IMG/VR virus record: IMGVR_UViG_2728369562_000003
Location: 1-64,000 of that record
Strand: one strand, 5' to 3'
DNA: 64,000 nucleotides
Source: a virus
Taxonomy: Duplodnaviria; Caudoviricetes
Below are positions 54,201 to 64,000 of the stretch, piece after piece. A model generated the notes under the pieces. The model saw only the letters and a list, made by a program, of their open reading frames with translations. It had not been told where the DNA came from and made no database searches. A program made the translations under genes and the position numbers. Numbering within the stretch: the stretch's first letter is position 1; each line of letters begins with the position of its first letter.

Positions 54201-56723
54201 TTACACCTTTTGACTTCTAAACCTACTGACTCGTTCTTTTGTTTTTTGTTTATTCCTTTTAACTGTACATTTTCCACAGAAAAGTTTCTTACTTGTTTTA
54301 GCCCTAAATAGCGTTTTACAATCTCCACAAATTCTTAATGTTTTCAGGTTGTGTATTAGACTGTTCAATATACAAGTACCGAAACATTCCCACAAAGTCG
54401 ATTTGAACTTACTCTTCTTTTTATATAGATACTTAACTAAAACATCAGTAACATATTGCTCATCATTATGGATTTTCAACAATCTGTCTTTAATGATCTT
54501 ATAGACATAATGTTTTTGCCCCGGCTTAATGTCTTCATCATTCATAAGCCATTTCTTGTTCTGGTCTAATCGTTTGTATTCACTAATAATTGTCTCGTCC
54601 AACTTAATCTCCTTGTTCTTGAGCAGGAAACGATAATCGAACTTTCCTGCAACAGCTGCGAAATTAATTCGGTCAGAAGGGATAATGGAGTCTAACTTAT
54701 TTACTGTGCTCTCATTAAGTAACTCAACGCTATGTTCTTCTTTATCCTTTGCATAGATGAAGAAGTGGGGGACTTTATTTTTTATGTAATCTTTGATTTT
54801 TTCATCAACATGATCAGGACGGGTAGGCATGAATAAGGTTTTTGCAAAATCGATAGTAAAGTTATTTTCCATACATAGCCATTTGATCACGTCCAGATTT
54901 ATATTGTCGCTGTTCCATATCTTAGTAATATTGTTACTGTACTCCCCGATATTGATCCCATAAGCAAGAGTTAGTGCTTCATAGATGTTTCTGCTATTAA
55001 TCTCTTGTTTCTGGGCTACAGACATTTCATAATACAAAGGAACGATGTTCTCCATATTACGCTTGGCAATATTGACGATTAGCTCATCAGAAATAATTAA
55101 GGCCTTATCCCCGTCGTTATCAAACTGCAGCAGTTTCGATATCGGATCATGAATGCTGGTATAAACACCTGGCGTAATGAACCACTTTTCATATTCCTCA
55201 TCTTTTTTGTTCCACCTAACACCATGCTCTCTAAATAGATGAGGGGAGCGGAGGATATCAATGTGTCCTTCATCATATAAAGAACAATAAACATTGCTGC
55301 CGGTAAGAAGTCCTTTTGGATTCTCAATTCCAAGAAACAGTCTTTCACAAAAAGCATATAGATCTGGGCACAAATACGTATAACGAGCGTCACTGACAAG
55401 TAATTTTCCTGATTTGGCGTCCTTAATCATACTCCTCTTCTTATTCTTAATGATTTCTTTGGTGTGATCATCATTTAGCAGCTCAGGATATATTAGTAGA
55501 GCTTCTTGAAGGCTTGTCTTATTTTTATTTTTCTCGGTAGCCCCCAAAACTTTCATCATTGTTTCTTTATCAGTGCCTAATTGAGTAATCTCACTAACAG
55601 TCTTTGAGCTGATTTGTTTCAATTCCTCATCTGTGATATCAGTGAGTGTTTGTAGCATCTGGTAAGTCAGTTTTCCCTCAACAGATGGATCTTCTTCATT
55701 TAATTTAGCTCCTAAACATTCATACTTTTTAAATTTAGAGCGATAATCATCCCAAGAATCATAGTACTTCCACATCTTAAACTGGCTTTTCGTAAAAATT
55801 ATTTGGATATCATCTTTAATAATGTCCCATTCTTTACCGTAGACGTCCTTAACTATAAATGAACTGTGTTTTTCAGCAAACTTTTTAAAATCAAATGGAA
55901 CTAGGAGACCCTTAACCCAAGGTAATCTGACCATAAAGCTTTTCTGGCTCAAACTGGGAAGCATCATTCCGCAACCATCTGTATGTTCTATAGGAATATC
56001 CATAACTTTACGAGTGATTTCATATGTATCACGGTCAATATAATCAACCAGGCTGGAAACGTTTGTTTCTAAGTCATTTACGACAATTGCTTTATCAATA
56101 TCAATTTCCCATGGACTGCTGGCACTATTCGATAAGGCCATGTAGCTATTCCATTTGTTTATGCTGCTTCCACCTTGAGCATTGATATGCTCCACACTAA
56201 GACCACAAGTTAAAGCATTTTGATACTTATCTAAGGTGCTTTGCTTGATAAAACAAGACTTTTTGGTTCGTATTTGACCGGCACTGCTAGTGAAATAAAC
56301 GTATTTCTCATTGTTATGTATGAATCCTTTATCTATAATGTCCCTTAAAATTTGAAAATGATAAGTTTGGACGACAATAATCTCTTCAGAGAGTGTGTTT
56401 TCTTTGATTCCCAATGTCCGTGTTAAGACTGAATCAAATAATGCAATCACATTATTATCTTTCAGGGAATCTGTTCTAAGGGTTCTTATTTGATTATGAT
56501 TGTTAAAGGCGTTATAAAGATTTTCTTTTAAGGAAATAATCCTTTGCGTTATGTACTTCTTATGTTTTTTATCAATATTTTCGAGTTTTTTAAGATGATC
56601 TCTGTACCTAATGGATTTTAAAATCTTGTTATGTAATTTGTTTTCTTGATCATTATAAAAAGCAGAAGTATCAATACTGTAAATATGTACTTGCTTATTT
56701 AGACCGTCTTTTTTTCCTTTCAA
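54201..56723 (-). CDS. yonO: Single-subunit RNA polymerase YonO
   Basis: FDNDGD catalytic motif, LRSPH, TDGCG; 840 aa. Confidence 0.93.
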   Translation of the reverse strand: MKGKKDGLNKQVHIYSIDTSAFYNDQENKLHNKILKSIRYRDHLKKLENIDKKHKKYITQRIISLKENLYNAFNNHNQIRTLRTDSLKDNNVIALFDSVLTRTLGIKENTLSEEIIVVQTYHFQILRDIIDKGFIHNNEKYVYFTSSAGQIRTKKSCFIKQSTLDKYQNALTCGLSVEHINAQGGSSINKWNSYMALSNSASSPWEIDIDKAIVVNDLETNVSSLVDYIDRDTYEITRKVMDIPIEHTDGCGMMLPSLSQKSFMVRLPWVKGLLVPFDFKKFAEKHSSFIVKDVYGKEWDIIKDDIQIIFTKSQFKMWKYYDSWDDYRSKFKKYECLGAKLNEEDPSVEGKLTYQMLQTLTDITDEELKQISSKTVSEITQLGTDKETMMKVLGATEKNKNKTSLQEALLIYPELLNDDHTKEIIKNKKRSMIKDAKSGKLLVSDARYTYLCPDLYAFCERLFLGIENPKGLLTGSNVYCSLYDEGHIDILRSPHLFREHGVRWNKKDEEYEKWFITPGVYTSIHDPISKLLQFDNDGDKALIISDELIVNIAKRNMENIVPLYYEMSVAQKQEINSRNIYEALTLAYGINIGEYSNNITKIWNSDNINLDVIKWLCMENNFTIDFAKTLFMPTRPDHVDEKIKDYIKNKVPHFFIYAKDKEEHSVELLNESTVNKLDSIIPSDRINFAAVAGKFDYRFLLKNKEIKLDETIISEYKRLDQNKKWLMNDEDIKPGQKHYVYKIIKDRLLKIHNDEQYVTDVLVKYLYKKKSKFKSTLWECFGTCILNSLIHNLKTLRICGDCKTLFRAKTSKKLFCGKCTVKRNKQKTKERVSRFRSQKV

Positions 56724-56767
56724 TAAATTCTCCCCTTGTAAATTAATAAACTATTTTATTTTTATCC

Positions 56768-56947
56768 TTAATAACTACTATTTAAATATTGAGACACTAA
56801 ATTTCTGTATGTATGACTTTTTTTATTAACTGTTCCGTACCACAAATAGTCTTGATAAAGGTTTTCTTCTTCTGGTGTTGCTGTTTCATTAATAACTTTA
56901 GTTTCAAGAAAACCAATTAAGTTACTAAACAAATACTGTTTTTTCAT
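56768..56947 (-). CDS. yonP: YonP-like small protein (59 aa)
   Basis: GGAGGTGA RBS; translated by hand; upstream of yonO. Confidence 0.7.
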   Translation of the reverse strand: MKKQYLFSNLIGFLETKVINETATPEEENLYQDYLWYGTVNKKSHTYRNLVSQYLNSSY

Positions 56948-57149
56948 TTAATCACCTCCATAAGTAATATTATTTTTATCCTAAATAAAACTAATAAAAA
57001 TCCCTGTGTTTAGCAGGTGACTTGATTATATATTTTATTTTTATTCTTGTAAACATTAATTTCAAAAATTTTTAATTTCGAGATGTATTATCGAAACTAA
57101 TAGGCGATATAAGCGTATTAAGTTTATTAATAAAAAGGGGAAGAAGATT

Positions 57150-57317
57150 ATGAAAAATAGAAAGAAATACTACATGATTATGTTGCCGTCACTAGTCTTA
57201 GCTATTTTAATATCTTACATGCTTCCAACTGAGCAAAAGTATTGGGGGCTGTCTGTCATCATAATTGGATGGGTGGTTTACTACTTTATTAAGCAAACAA
57301 ATAAGAAAAAGGGGTAA
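57150..57317 (+). CDS. Two-TM micro-protein (55 aa)
   Basis: AAGGGG RBS; translated by hand. Confidence 0.6.
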   Translation: MKNRKKYYMIMLPSLVLAILISYMLPTEQKYWGLSVIIIGWVVYYFIKQTNKKKG

Positions 57318-57321
57318 TTAA

Positions 57322-57822
57322 ATGTTCTCACTGGAAGACTATATCAAAACAGTTAAGCAAAATCTCGGCCAACACTCAGCTTTATTAACAAGGGAAATCA
57401 AAAAAACAATCAACTACAATTTTTATATTGATATTGATTTAGTGGACTACATGGCCTTTATTGATCCAACAAGATTTGAGATATCAATAAGAATGTTTTC
57501 AATGGATAAAGAGGCAAGTGAAGTGTTTTATGAAGGAGAAGACAAAACAATTTTTTCAGGGAGCACTCAAGTTATACCTGATATTAAATATTTTCAACTA
57601 TCTAGGGAGAATAAAAAGGAATTTGATGAGTTTTATGAAAACAACGATATTGAAATAGAAAGGGAAGAACATAAAGCATTCACAGAGTGGTTTTATGAGT
57701 GTTGGAAAGCAGCTCGAGGTCATAAAATGAACTTGCCTTCATACTTTGTTATTCATGATCATTATAAATCATTGGATTTACGGGCAAATAAATGGATATC
57801 AGATGATGAAAAGTGGGAATAG
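57322..57822 (+). CDS. Acidic hypothetical protein (immunity-like)
   Basis: RBS; coupled to the upstream micro-gene; terminator downstream. Confidence 0.7.
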   Translation: MFSLEDYIKTVKQNLGQHSALLTREIKKTINYNFYIDIDLVDYMAFIDPTRFEISIRMFSMDKEASEVFYEGEDKTIFSGSTQVIPDIKYFQLSRENKKEFDEFYENNDIEIEREEHKAFTEWFYECWKAARGHKMNLPSYFVIHDHYKSLDLRANKWISDDEKWE

Positions 57823-57837
57823 ACACAAGAAAAGGTG

Positions 57838-57863
57838 GTGATCGAATTAAGATCACCTTTTTT
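57838..57863 (+). terminator. Intrinsic terminator
   Basis: GGTGATC..GATCACC-T6. Confidence 0.7.
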
Positions 57864-58776
57864 ATTTTGGATTTGGTTTGCATATCGTAATGTTATTTGC
57901 ACGAAAAACATGCTTATCGTAAAAATTTATAAAGGGCTAAAAAAGACAGTAAACATAAGGATATTTGATACTTTAATTAGTGAATAGGGGGCAAACGATC
58001 GTAAAACGTAAGTGAGAGTAGGGGAAAGAAGTCGTTTTAAGGAGAAATTGATGAAAAAGGAGAAATTTGAAGAGTGAAAAACATTGATAATATAGATTTT
58101 TACGATAGCGATTACGATGTGAAAAAGGACGATTTAATGTGGAATTGGGAAAATGTAAATTTGGATAGGGTGTGGAAATGGAAGTGCTATGGGCACATTC
58201 GTTCCCTTATTTTTACCATTAGATGTAAATATACCCCCATATACTGGCAGTGGAAACCCCATATAATATACCTTATGTAGGGAATTCTTTAATCCTGTTT
58301 ATTCAACACATCTCTAACATAATTCCAGGCCAAACACAAGAATAAAATTAAAAAAAATAAATTGGTTAGCGATATAAAAATGAATAACCATTCATTAAAG
58401 ATAATCGTATTTATAACGAATCCGAGGGAATCGAAGACATATTTATTTTATACTCATCACTATACATAACCATACCTTATATAATCATATATCCTTCGCT
58501 TATCACTCTTCACACACGCTGAACTCATATACACAACACTCATAATTCAAATTCCACCTAATGACACTCACACGCTCTCAGAATCAATATAACGCCTTTC
58601 TAATCCATCCGATATTCATCCCAATATCATTTGCTATCCTAACAGCTAAACCATCATACAGACCAATTAAAGCATCATTATAATCATCAACAAAATATAA
58701 TTAATTAGAATAAAAATAAAATGACTTTATAGATGAACTGTGTTATAATAGAGTCATAGGAAAGGAGGTGTACATA

Positions 58777-58953
58777 GTGCTTGAGAAAGTGGGTATCATT
58801 GTTGCTTTCCTCATATCTATAACGGTTCTTACAATCAACAGTCTAACAATAGTTGAGAAGATAAGAAACCTAAAGAATTGGACAAGCAAAAAGAAAAAGC
58901 GTATACGCAAGCGGCTCCGACCAAAGAGACAACGCCAACGTATACGCCGATGA
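58777..58953 (+). CDS. yonT: Type I toxin YonT
   Basis: TM segment plus Arg/Lys-rich tail KKKKRIRKRLRPKRQRQRIRR; AAGGAGG RBS; TG-TATAAT promoter. Confidence 0.92.
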   Translation: MLEKVGIIVAFLISITVLTINSLTIVEKIRNLKNWTSKKKKRIRKRLRPKRQRQRIRR

Positions 58954-59010
58954 GAGCTAAGCTAAAGGGGAATGAACTTCTCCTTTAGTTCCTATCCATA
59001 TTATAACATG
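58900..59010 (-). ncRNA. SR6-like antisense antitoxin (inferred, ends approximate)
   Basis: Known yonT/yoyJ/SR6 arrangement; not independently delimited here. Confidence 0.4.
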
Positions 59011-59223
59011 ATCAAGCACATTGTAAACATGAAACGATTCTCATTATGGTTTACCCATATCACATTCATTGGCTTATTTTTGATGTTTCAACTCATTAAG
59101 GATTACTTCAGCAGCGAAGCACAAACACTAATCAATACAATATTTGTAGTCACATGTATCATTGCCATACTGTTATGGATCATCTATTTTGTATTCCTTA
59201 AACTAAGAAACAAGTCACACTAA
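58972..59223 (+). CDS. yoyJ: YoyJ membrane protein
   Basis: 83 aa, two TMs, directly after yonT. Confidence 0.8.
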   Translation: MNFSFSSYPYYNMIKHIVNMKRFSLWFTHITFIGLFLMFQLIKDYFSSEAQTLINTIFVVTCIIAILLWIIYFVFLKLRNKSH

Positions 59224-59267
59224 TCATATAGGCCTCATGGTATAATTAAATCATTGAGGTGAGATGA

Positions 59268-59426
59268 GTGGAGAATAAATTCCTGGATGCTATTCGGCAG
59301 CTTGCTAAGGAATTAGAAATGCTCAAGAAAGATATTGACTCCATCAAGAATACAACTGACAGAATTAATTCAGACCTTTTAGAGTACAGAGAAGAGATAA
59401 GCAAAGTTAAACAACATGAACCTTGA
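59268..59426 (+). CDS. yonU: YonU-like small coiled-coil protein (52 aa)
   Basis: GAGGTGA RBS, GTG start; translated by hand; synteny. Confidence 0.6.
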   Translation: MENKFLDAIRQLAKELEMLKKDIDSIKNTTDRINSDLLEYREEISKVKQHEP

Positions 59427-59514
59427 ACACACCAGTTAAATATCAAACTGTAAATAAAGGAGCGGTAAACATTTATCGTTCCTTTATTTAAATTTAATGA
59501 AAAGGAGATGCTGA

Positions 59515-60732
59515 ATGAATATAGTTAAAGTAGTTGATTCCATAATGGGATCAGGTAAAACAACTGCAGCCATTAACCACATGAACAACGCTAACCCAGA
59601 AGATAACTTTATATTTGTCACACCTTATCTTAATGAGGTTGAGCGGATAAAGAAAAGTGTAACCAACAGACAAATGTATGAACCTAAAGTAAGAACAAAA
59701 GGAGATAAGACTCAATATAAATTTGAATCACTTCATGAACTCTTATCACAGAATAAAAACATTGTTGCAACACATAACTTATTTAAGAACGCAAACGATG
59801 AAACAAAAGAGCTGATCCTTTCAGGTAACTACACTTTAATATTAGACGAGGTTATGGAAGTAGTTGAGCAGCTACAAGTGAAGACACATGATCTTACAAC
59901 ACTATTTGATTCTAATCTTATCTATGTTGAAGATGGTATTGTTAAATGGAATGAAGATAAAAGGGATTATGAGACACGTTACAATGACATTAGAGACATG
60001 GCATTGAACAATAATCTTGTTTATTTTAAAGACAGTATATTGATTTGGAACTTTCCAGCTGAGGTATTCAAATTGTTTAAAGAGGTTTACATATTAACTT
60101 ACATGTTTGATGCTCAGATACAAAGATATTATTATGATGTAAATGATATTGCTTATGAAAAGTATGTCTCATCCTATGTAGATGGGGAATACCGGTTTAC
60201 TCAATACAATAAAGACTTTGAGAACAACGTTAAGGAAATGATCCGTAATAAGATTAAAATATATGAAGGTAACTTGAATGCTGTAGGCCAGTTAGATTAT
60301 TCATTATCATCAACCTGGTACAAAGATAAGTCACCTTATACAATCAAAAAGGTAAAGAACAATGTATTCAATTACTTTAACAACATTGTTAAGTCATCAA
60401 GCGAAGAAGCTATGTGGACGACTTATTCAGAACATAAGAATAAAATAAAAGGTAATGGATATACAAAAGGTTTTGTTTCCTGTAATGCACGTGCTACAAA
60501 TGAGTTTAAGCATAAGAAACATTTAGCTTATACAATAAATAGATACGTTAATACAATCCTTTATAGTTACTTTAAGAATAAATATAATATTACAATTGAT
60601 CAGGATTTGTTTGCTTTATCTGAATTAGTGCAATGGATATGGAGGTCAGGTATAAGAGATGGTAAAGAAATTACATTATTCATTCCATCTTTAAGGATGA
60701 GGAAGTTGCTATTAGAATGGTTAAATGAGTAG
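59515..60732 (+). CDS. yonV: YonV, SF2 helicase-like ATPase
   Basis: VDSIMGSGKT Walker A, LILDEV, QWIWRSGIR. Confidence 0.85.
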   Translation: MNIVKVVDSIMGSGKTTAAINHMNNANPEDNFIFVTPYLNEVERIKKSVTNRQMYEPKVRTKGDKTQYKFESLHELLSQNKNIVATHNLFKNANDETKELILSGNYTLILDEVMEVVEQLQVKTHDLTTLFDSNLIYVEDGIVKWNEDKRDYETRYNDIRDMALNNNLVYFKDSILIWNFPAEVFKLFKEVYILTYMFDAQIQRYYYDVNDIAYEKYVSSYVDGEYRFTQYNKDFENNVKEMIRNKIKIYEGNLNAVGQLDYSLSSTWYKDKSPYTIKKVKNNVFNYFNNIVKSSSEEAMWTTYSEHKNKIKGNGYTKGFVSCNARATNEFKHKKHLAYTINRYVNTILYSYFKNKYNITIDQDLFALSELVQWIWRSGIRDGKEITLFIPSLRMRKLLLEWLNE

Positions 60733-61059
60733 GTTAATAGAACAAACCTCTTAAACTTTGAAAAAAAGTCAGTCATACCAAGGGTTTCAGAGCCTAAGTC
60801 TTTAGGGAAAGGGTATAAAAATAAATTTTAAAAAAGGGAGAACATTTTAAGTACATACGTCCGTAAAGAAGGGCGCTTTACGTCCGGTTTTGTTCAGCAA
60901 GCTGAACGAAAACTTATATATATTTATTAGAATAAAAATAAAATAACAATTGATAATTTATAATGATCATGTTATACTTAAAACAAGTTAAGGGGATAAG
61001 AATATATTACATAAAATTAGAATAAAAATAATATCACTTTATGAATGGAGAGGTTAAAG

Positions 61060-61512
61060 ATGATGTTAATTAAACAAAAAGGAAACAGATACTATAGATA
61101 TAGCTGGGCTCAAATGAGAAGTTTCCCAATTAAAAAAGTTGAAGCATTAGAACTAATTGAAAATGGTGAAGCTGAGTTAGTTGAAAGCTTTATTACAGAT
61201 CCTACACCTCAGCCAATCACAGAAGAAACAAAGCAAGTATATGAAGAACAAGAAGAAGTTAAATCAACAAAAGTAGTAAGCATAAAATCAATTAGAGAGA
61301 CAAACAAAGAAAAAGAAAACTTTGCAAAAGCAAAAGATCATTTTGTGAAAAGAGTACTACCAAAACTTAATCTTACTGATATGAAAAAGTTAACGGAACT
61401 TTCATTTAAAAAAGACAGTGAAGGGTTCCAAGAAGAGATTATGAGGATCATTCTGAGACTGAATATTGAAGAAGCAACATTGGGATGCTTACAAGGAGGC
61501 CAAAATACATGA
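61060..61512 (+). CDS. Hypothetical protein (position of yonX)
   Basis: GGAGAGG RBS; ORF. Confidence 0.65.
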   Translation: MMLIKQKGNRYYRYSWAQMRSFPIKKVEALELIENGEAELVESFITDPTPQPITEETKQVYEEQEEVKSTKVVSIKSIRETNKEKENFAKAKDHFVKRVLPKLNLTDMKKLTELSFKKDSEGFQEEIMRIILRLNIEEATLGCLQGGQNT

Positions 61513-61730
61513 GTATAGCTCCTCCTTATGATGAGTGCCAGATTAGGTTCAGATTCTATATGCTATCTCAAGGAATAAAGCCAGGTGATGAATATAAAAT
61601 TTATGAATACATGATATGGATCAATAGAATGGTTATAAAGTATAAGAAGTTAAAAAACGAGAAAATTACCACACCGATTAAACAAGATGATTTTACTAGC
61701 TTTATAGAAGAGCAGCTCGGAGTTGTTTAA
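61509..61730 (+). CDS. Hypothetical protein
   Basis: AGGAGG RBS; ATGA overlap. Confidence 0.65.
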   Translation: MSIAPPYDECQIRFRFYMLSQGIKPGDEYKIYEYMIWINRMVIKYKKLKNEKITTPIKQDDFTSFIEEQLGVV

Positions 61731-61767
61731 ATAAAATGCATATTTTAAACAGAATGGAGACAATAAA

Positions 61768-62430
61768 ATGAGTACATATCAAGTAGATTTCAATCAATTC
61801 AGAGGAAGTATGGAAACAACATGCGACCTATATAATTTAGATAACAATACAACGCTTCAAACCAGCCTTTACCGTAATACTAATAGCCTTTGCATTGAAT
61901 ATAAGGTAATTCAGCGTGATGATAATTCAAATAGTTTTGCGGAGTACGATACACTTGCCCGTGGTTACATTGAAGTACCTTTGACTTACAATCAATTTAA
62001 GAAGCCTGTAAAAAAAGTTTATCTAAATAAAATAATTAACGCACTAGATTCTATTATTAATCAATATCTTATTATAGAAGATACTTCTCAAGAAATTAAC
62101 GAACGAGTTCAAATGAAAGTGAGTGCAACTAAAATAAATGAGGAAGATCAATCTGACTTTACGAATGAAACCTCTAATTCACCAATTGATCAAATTAGGA
62201 TGGAAAGATGGGACAGGGAATATGACGAGGGAGTTAAATATTTCTTTGATAAATACGGGAATAAACGTATAGGGGATATTATTTATATTGATACACAGCA
62301 AGAGCTTGAGCATTTAGAACACATAGACTGTGATAATGTGATAAGGATTTTTGTAGACAAAGAGCATGAAAATAAAATTAAAGCTATTGTACTTAAAGAT
62401 ATAAACAAACATTATCAAAGAAGTGGATAA
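61768..62430 (+). CDS. Hypothetical protein
   Basis: GGAG RBS; 220-aa ORF. Confidence 0.7.
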   Translation: MSTYQVDFNQFRGSMETTCDLYNLDNNTTLQTSLYRNTNSLCIEYKVIQRDDNSNSFAEYDTLARGYIEVPLTYNQFKKPVKKVYLNKIINALDSIINQYLIIEDTSQEINERVQMKVSATKINEEDQSDFTNETSNSPIDQIRMERWDREYDEGVKYFFDKYGNKRIGDIIYIDTQQELEHLEHIDCDNVIRIFVDKEHENKIKAIVLKDINKHYQRSG

Positions 62431-62461
62431 AACAACAATTTTATACAGATGGGAGGTCTTT

Positions 62462-62656
62462 ATGAGAGGAAAAGCAATTTATCTAACCAGAGAAGAAATG
62501 AGACTGATTGAATTATGTTTGGATAATGTGGAGCCAAATGATTTAATTGAACCCTACAAGTGGGAAACCGACTTTAAACCTGATCCCGAAGCACATAAAG
62601 CATGGCATTCAGTATCAGATAAGATTTCCAAAGCATTAAGGGAGGGTGCGGAGTAA
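62462..62656 (+). CDS. Hypothetical protein
   Basis: GGGAGG RBS. Confidence 0.65.
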   Translation: MRGKAIYLTREEMRLIELCLDNVEPNDLIEPYKWETDFKPDPEAHKAWHSVSDKISKALREGAE

Positions 62657-62892
62657 TGCATGTCCCTGACAATATAAAGAAAGCCATTATAAATAGTTCT
62701 TATAATTACAAACAGGCAATAGAGGATGCGAATAAAATTCGTGATTGGTTGGAATCAAATGAAATAAACAGTGATTTCATGAAAGAATATTTTAGTGAGT
62801 GTATAGAAAATGGGACAGATAACTGGCGAGACTTTCTGGAACATCTTGAAACTCATGACAAAAATCAAATGTATGATGGTACGGATGATTAA
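62656..62892 (+). CDS. Hypothetical protein
   Basis: Translational coupling (TAATG). Confidence 0.65.
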   Translation: MHVPDNIKKAIINSSYNYKQAIEDANKIRDWLESNEINSDFMKEYFSECIENGTDNWRDFLEHLETHDKNQMYDGTDD

Positions 62893-62906
62893 GGAGGCGT
62901 TAAACA

Positions 62907-63161
62907 ATGGCTAAATGTAATGACTGTGGTAACGAACGTTTTTTCTACCTAGAGGTATCGGTAACGGCGAAACAGCTTATTGACACAACAGGTGGAGCAA
63001 GAAACGGAAAGATTTATGATGTAGATTATTCAGATTCGGGGTTAGACAATATTTTCAATGAAGGCAGTTATATTTGTAAGGAATGTGAATCAAGGGACGT
63101 TGAACACGAGGACGGCGAGGGAGATTACAAACTCTACAATCGAGATCGTGAGGATGATTAG
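62907..63161 (+). CDS. Small Zn-ribbon protein
   Basis: CNDC..CKEC; AAGGAGG RBS. Confidence 0.7.
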   Translation: MAKCNDCGNERFFYLEVSVTAKQLIDTTGGARNGKIYDVDYSDSGLDNIFNEGSYICKECESRDVEHEDGEGDYKLYNRDREDD

Positions 63162-63425
63162 ATGGGGTTGTTAAAAAATAAAAGCTGGCAAGCACAGGAT
63201 TTATATAACGAATATTTAGAGTTGAAGGTTGATATATCCGAAAAAATAATAAATCTAGAGTTTGTTAAAAGTATGGGGAAAGTAACAGCAGAAGAAGTAA
63301 CCACAAGAGAGAATAGCATCAATGAAAAGGTTATGCGGTTAAGAACTGTTCTAAATCAATTAAGAGTAGAACATAATGTACAGCTTGAAGATTTAATTAT
63401 ATTGAGTCTCTGTGTTGATGTCTGA
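63162..63425 (+). CDS. Hypothetical protein
   Basis: GAGG RBS; operon context. Confidence 0.6.
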   Translation: MGLLKNKSWQAQDLYNEYLELKVDISEKIINLEFVKSMGKVTAEEVTTRENSINEKVMRLRTVLNQLRVEHNVQLEDLIILSLCVDV

Positions 63426-63461
63426 ATAAAACAGCAGTTTTAATGAAAGGGGAAATAAATT

Positions 63462-63785
63462 TTGCTTACATTAAATCAAAACACCTTGAACTTTTTACTG
63501 GATAATGGCTTTGAACTAAAGCAGTATGAGGAGCAGGGATTATCATTTTATACAAAAGAAATAAAGGACAGCCACTCTTTGAAAAAATTAATTACACATC
63601 ATTATGAATTTCAGGAAGATGAAGAGATCAACACAAAAGGATCAAGTTTTATCATGGAGATACAGACAAATGGGGAAAACCCTCAATGGCTTTTTACCGG
63701 TGAATATGAAAAGCTTGGTATTCTTCAAGACCAAAATCAGTTTATTGAATTTGTAAAGAAGGTTGAAAAGTTGGTTACATGCTGA
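63462..63785 (+). CDS. Hypothetical protein
   Basis: AAGGGG RBS; TTG start. Confidence 0.65.
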   Translation: MLTLNQNTLNFLLDNGFELKQYEEQGLSFYTKEIKDSHSLKKLITHHYEFQEDEEINTKGSSFIMEIQTNGENPQWLFTGEYEKLGILQDQNQFIEFVKKVEKLVTC

Positions 63786-63881
63786 CTCCATACACAAAAA
63801 GCGACAATGATATATTGATTGAGCTTTGGTCTTAATATGTGATAATTAGATATAATATAAAATCTAGAAAAGGTGGATATT

Positions 63882-64000
63882 ATGTCTAAAGAAATTGATA
63901 TTTTCATCAGAGTGCTACAAACTGCGCCTGCAAAAACTGGTTTAGCTACCGTGATATTTAGATACAAAGGAATTGTGAAAGAAACATATTTTAGTTGTTT
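63882..64000 (+). CDS. Hypothetical protein, truncated by the window end
   Basis: AAGGTGG RBS, ATG, open to the window end. Confidence 0.45.
   Translation, partial: MSKEIDIFIRVLQTAPAKTGLATVIFRYKGIVKETYFSC

Noticed and set aside
58074-58280. 68-aa ORF in the skewed intergenic region
   Set aside because: Unusual Trp-rich composition that follows the G-skew; poorly spaced RBS; likely incidental
61060-64000. Arbitrium (aimR/aimP/aimX) locus
   Set aside because: No AimR-like TPR gene here; expected further along the prophage, outside the window

Overview
The window is the attR end of an SPbeta-like prophage of Bacillus subtilis, integrated in spsM. Positions 1-621 hold the ypqP (3' spsM) fragment and the 16-bp att core. 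After that come the sprA serine integrase and an accessory region: YokI-type LXG toxin with three SUKH immunity genes, a BsrE-type type I toxin-antitoxin pair, a PIN/zinc-finger gene, yolD-uvrX, and a phi3T-like Rap-Phr where SPbeta has the sublancin cluster. The lysis, tail and head late operon runs on the minus strand, followed by the HU homologue, the YonO RNA polymerase, yonT/yoyJ, yonV and small early genes. The least explained part is 51.4-53.7 kb. There a DIP1984-like coiled-coil gene is followed by a helix-closed RNA carrying six UUAC(G) repeats in a loop, next to a roughly 800-nt highly structured non-coding tract and a four-way junction element. Other notable signals are a degenerate repeat array upstream of sprA, ATAAAA-N6-TTTTA palindromes at module borders, sigmaD-like promoters on cargo genes, and CTG/ATT start codons in tail genes. 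Gene names come from recalled similarity and synteny with SPbeta; no database search was run.
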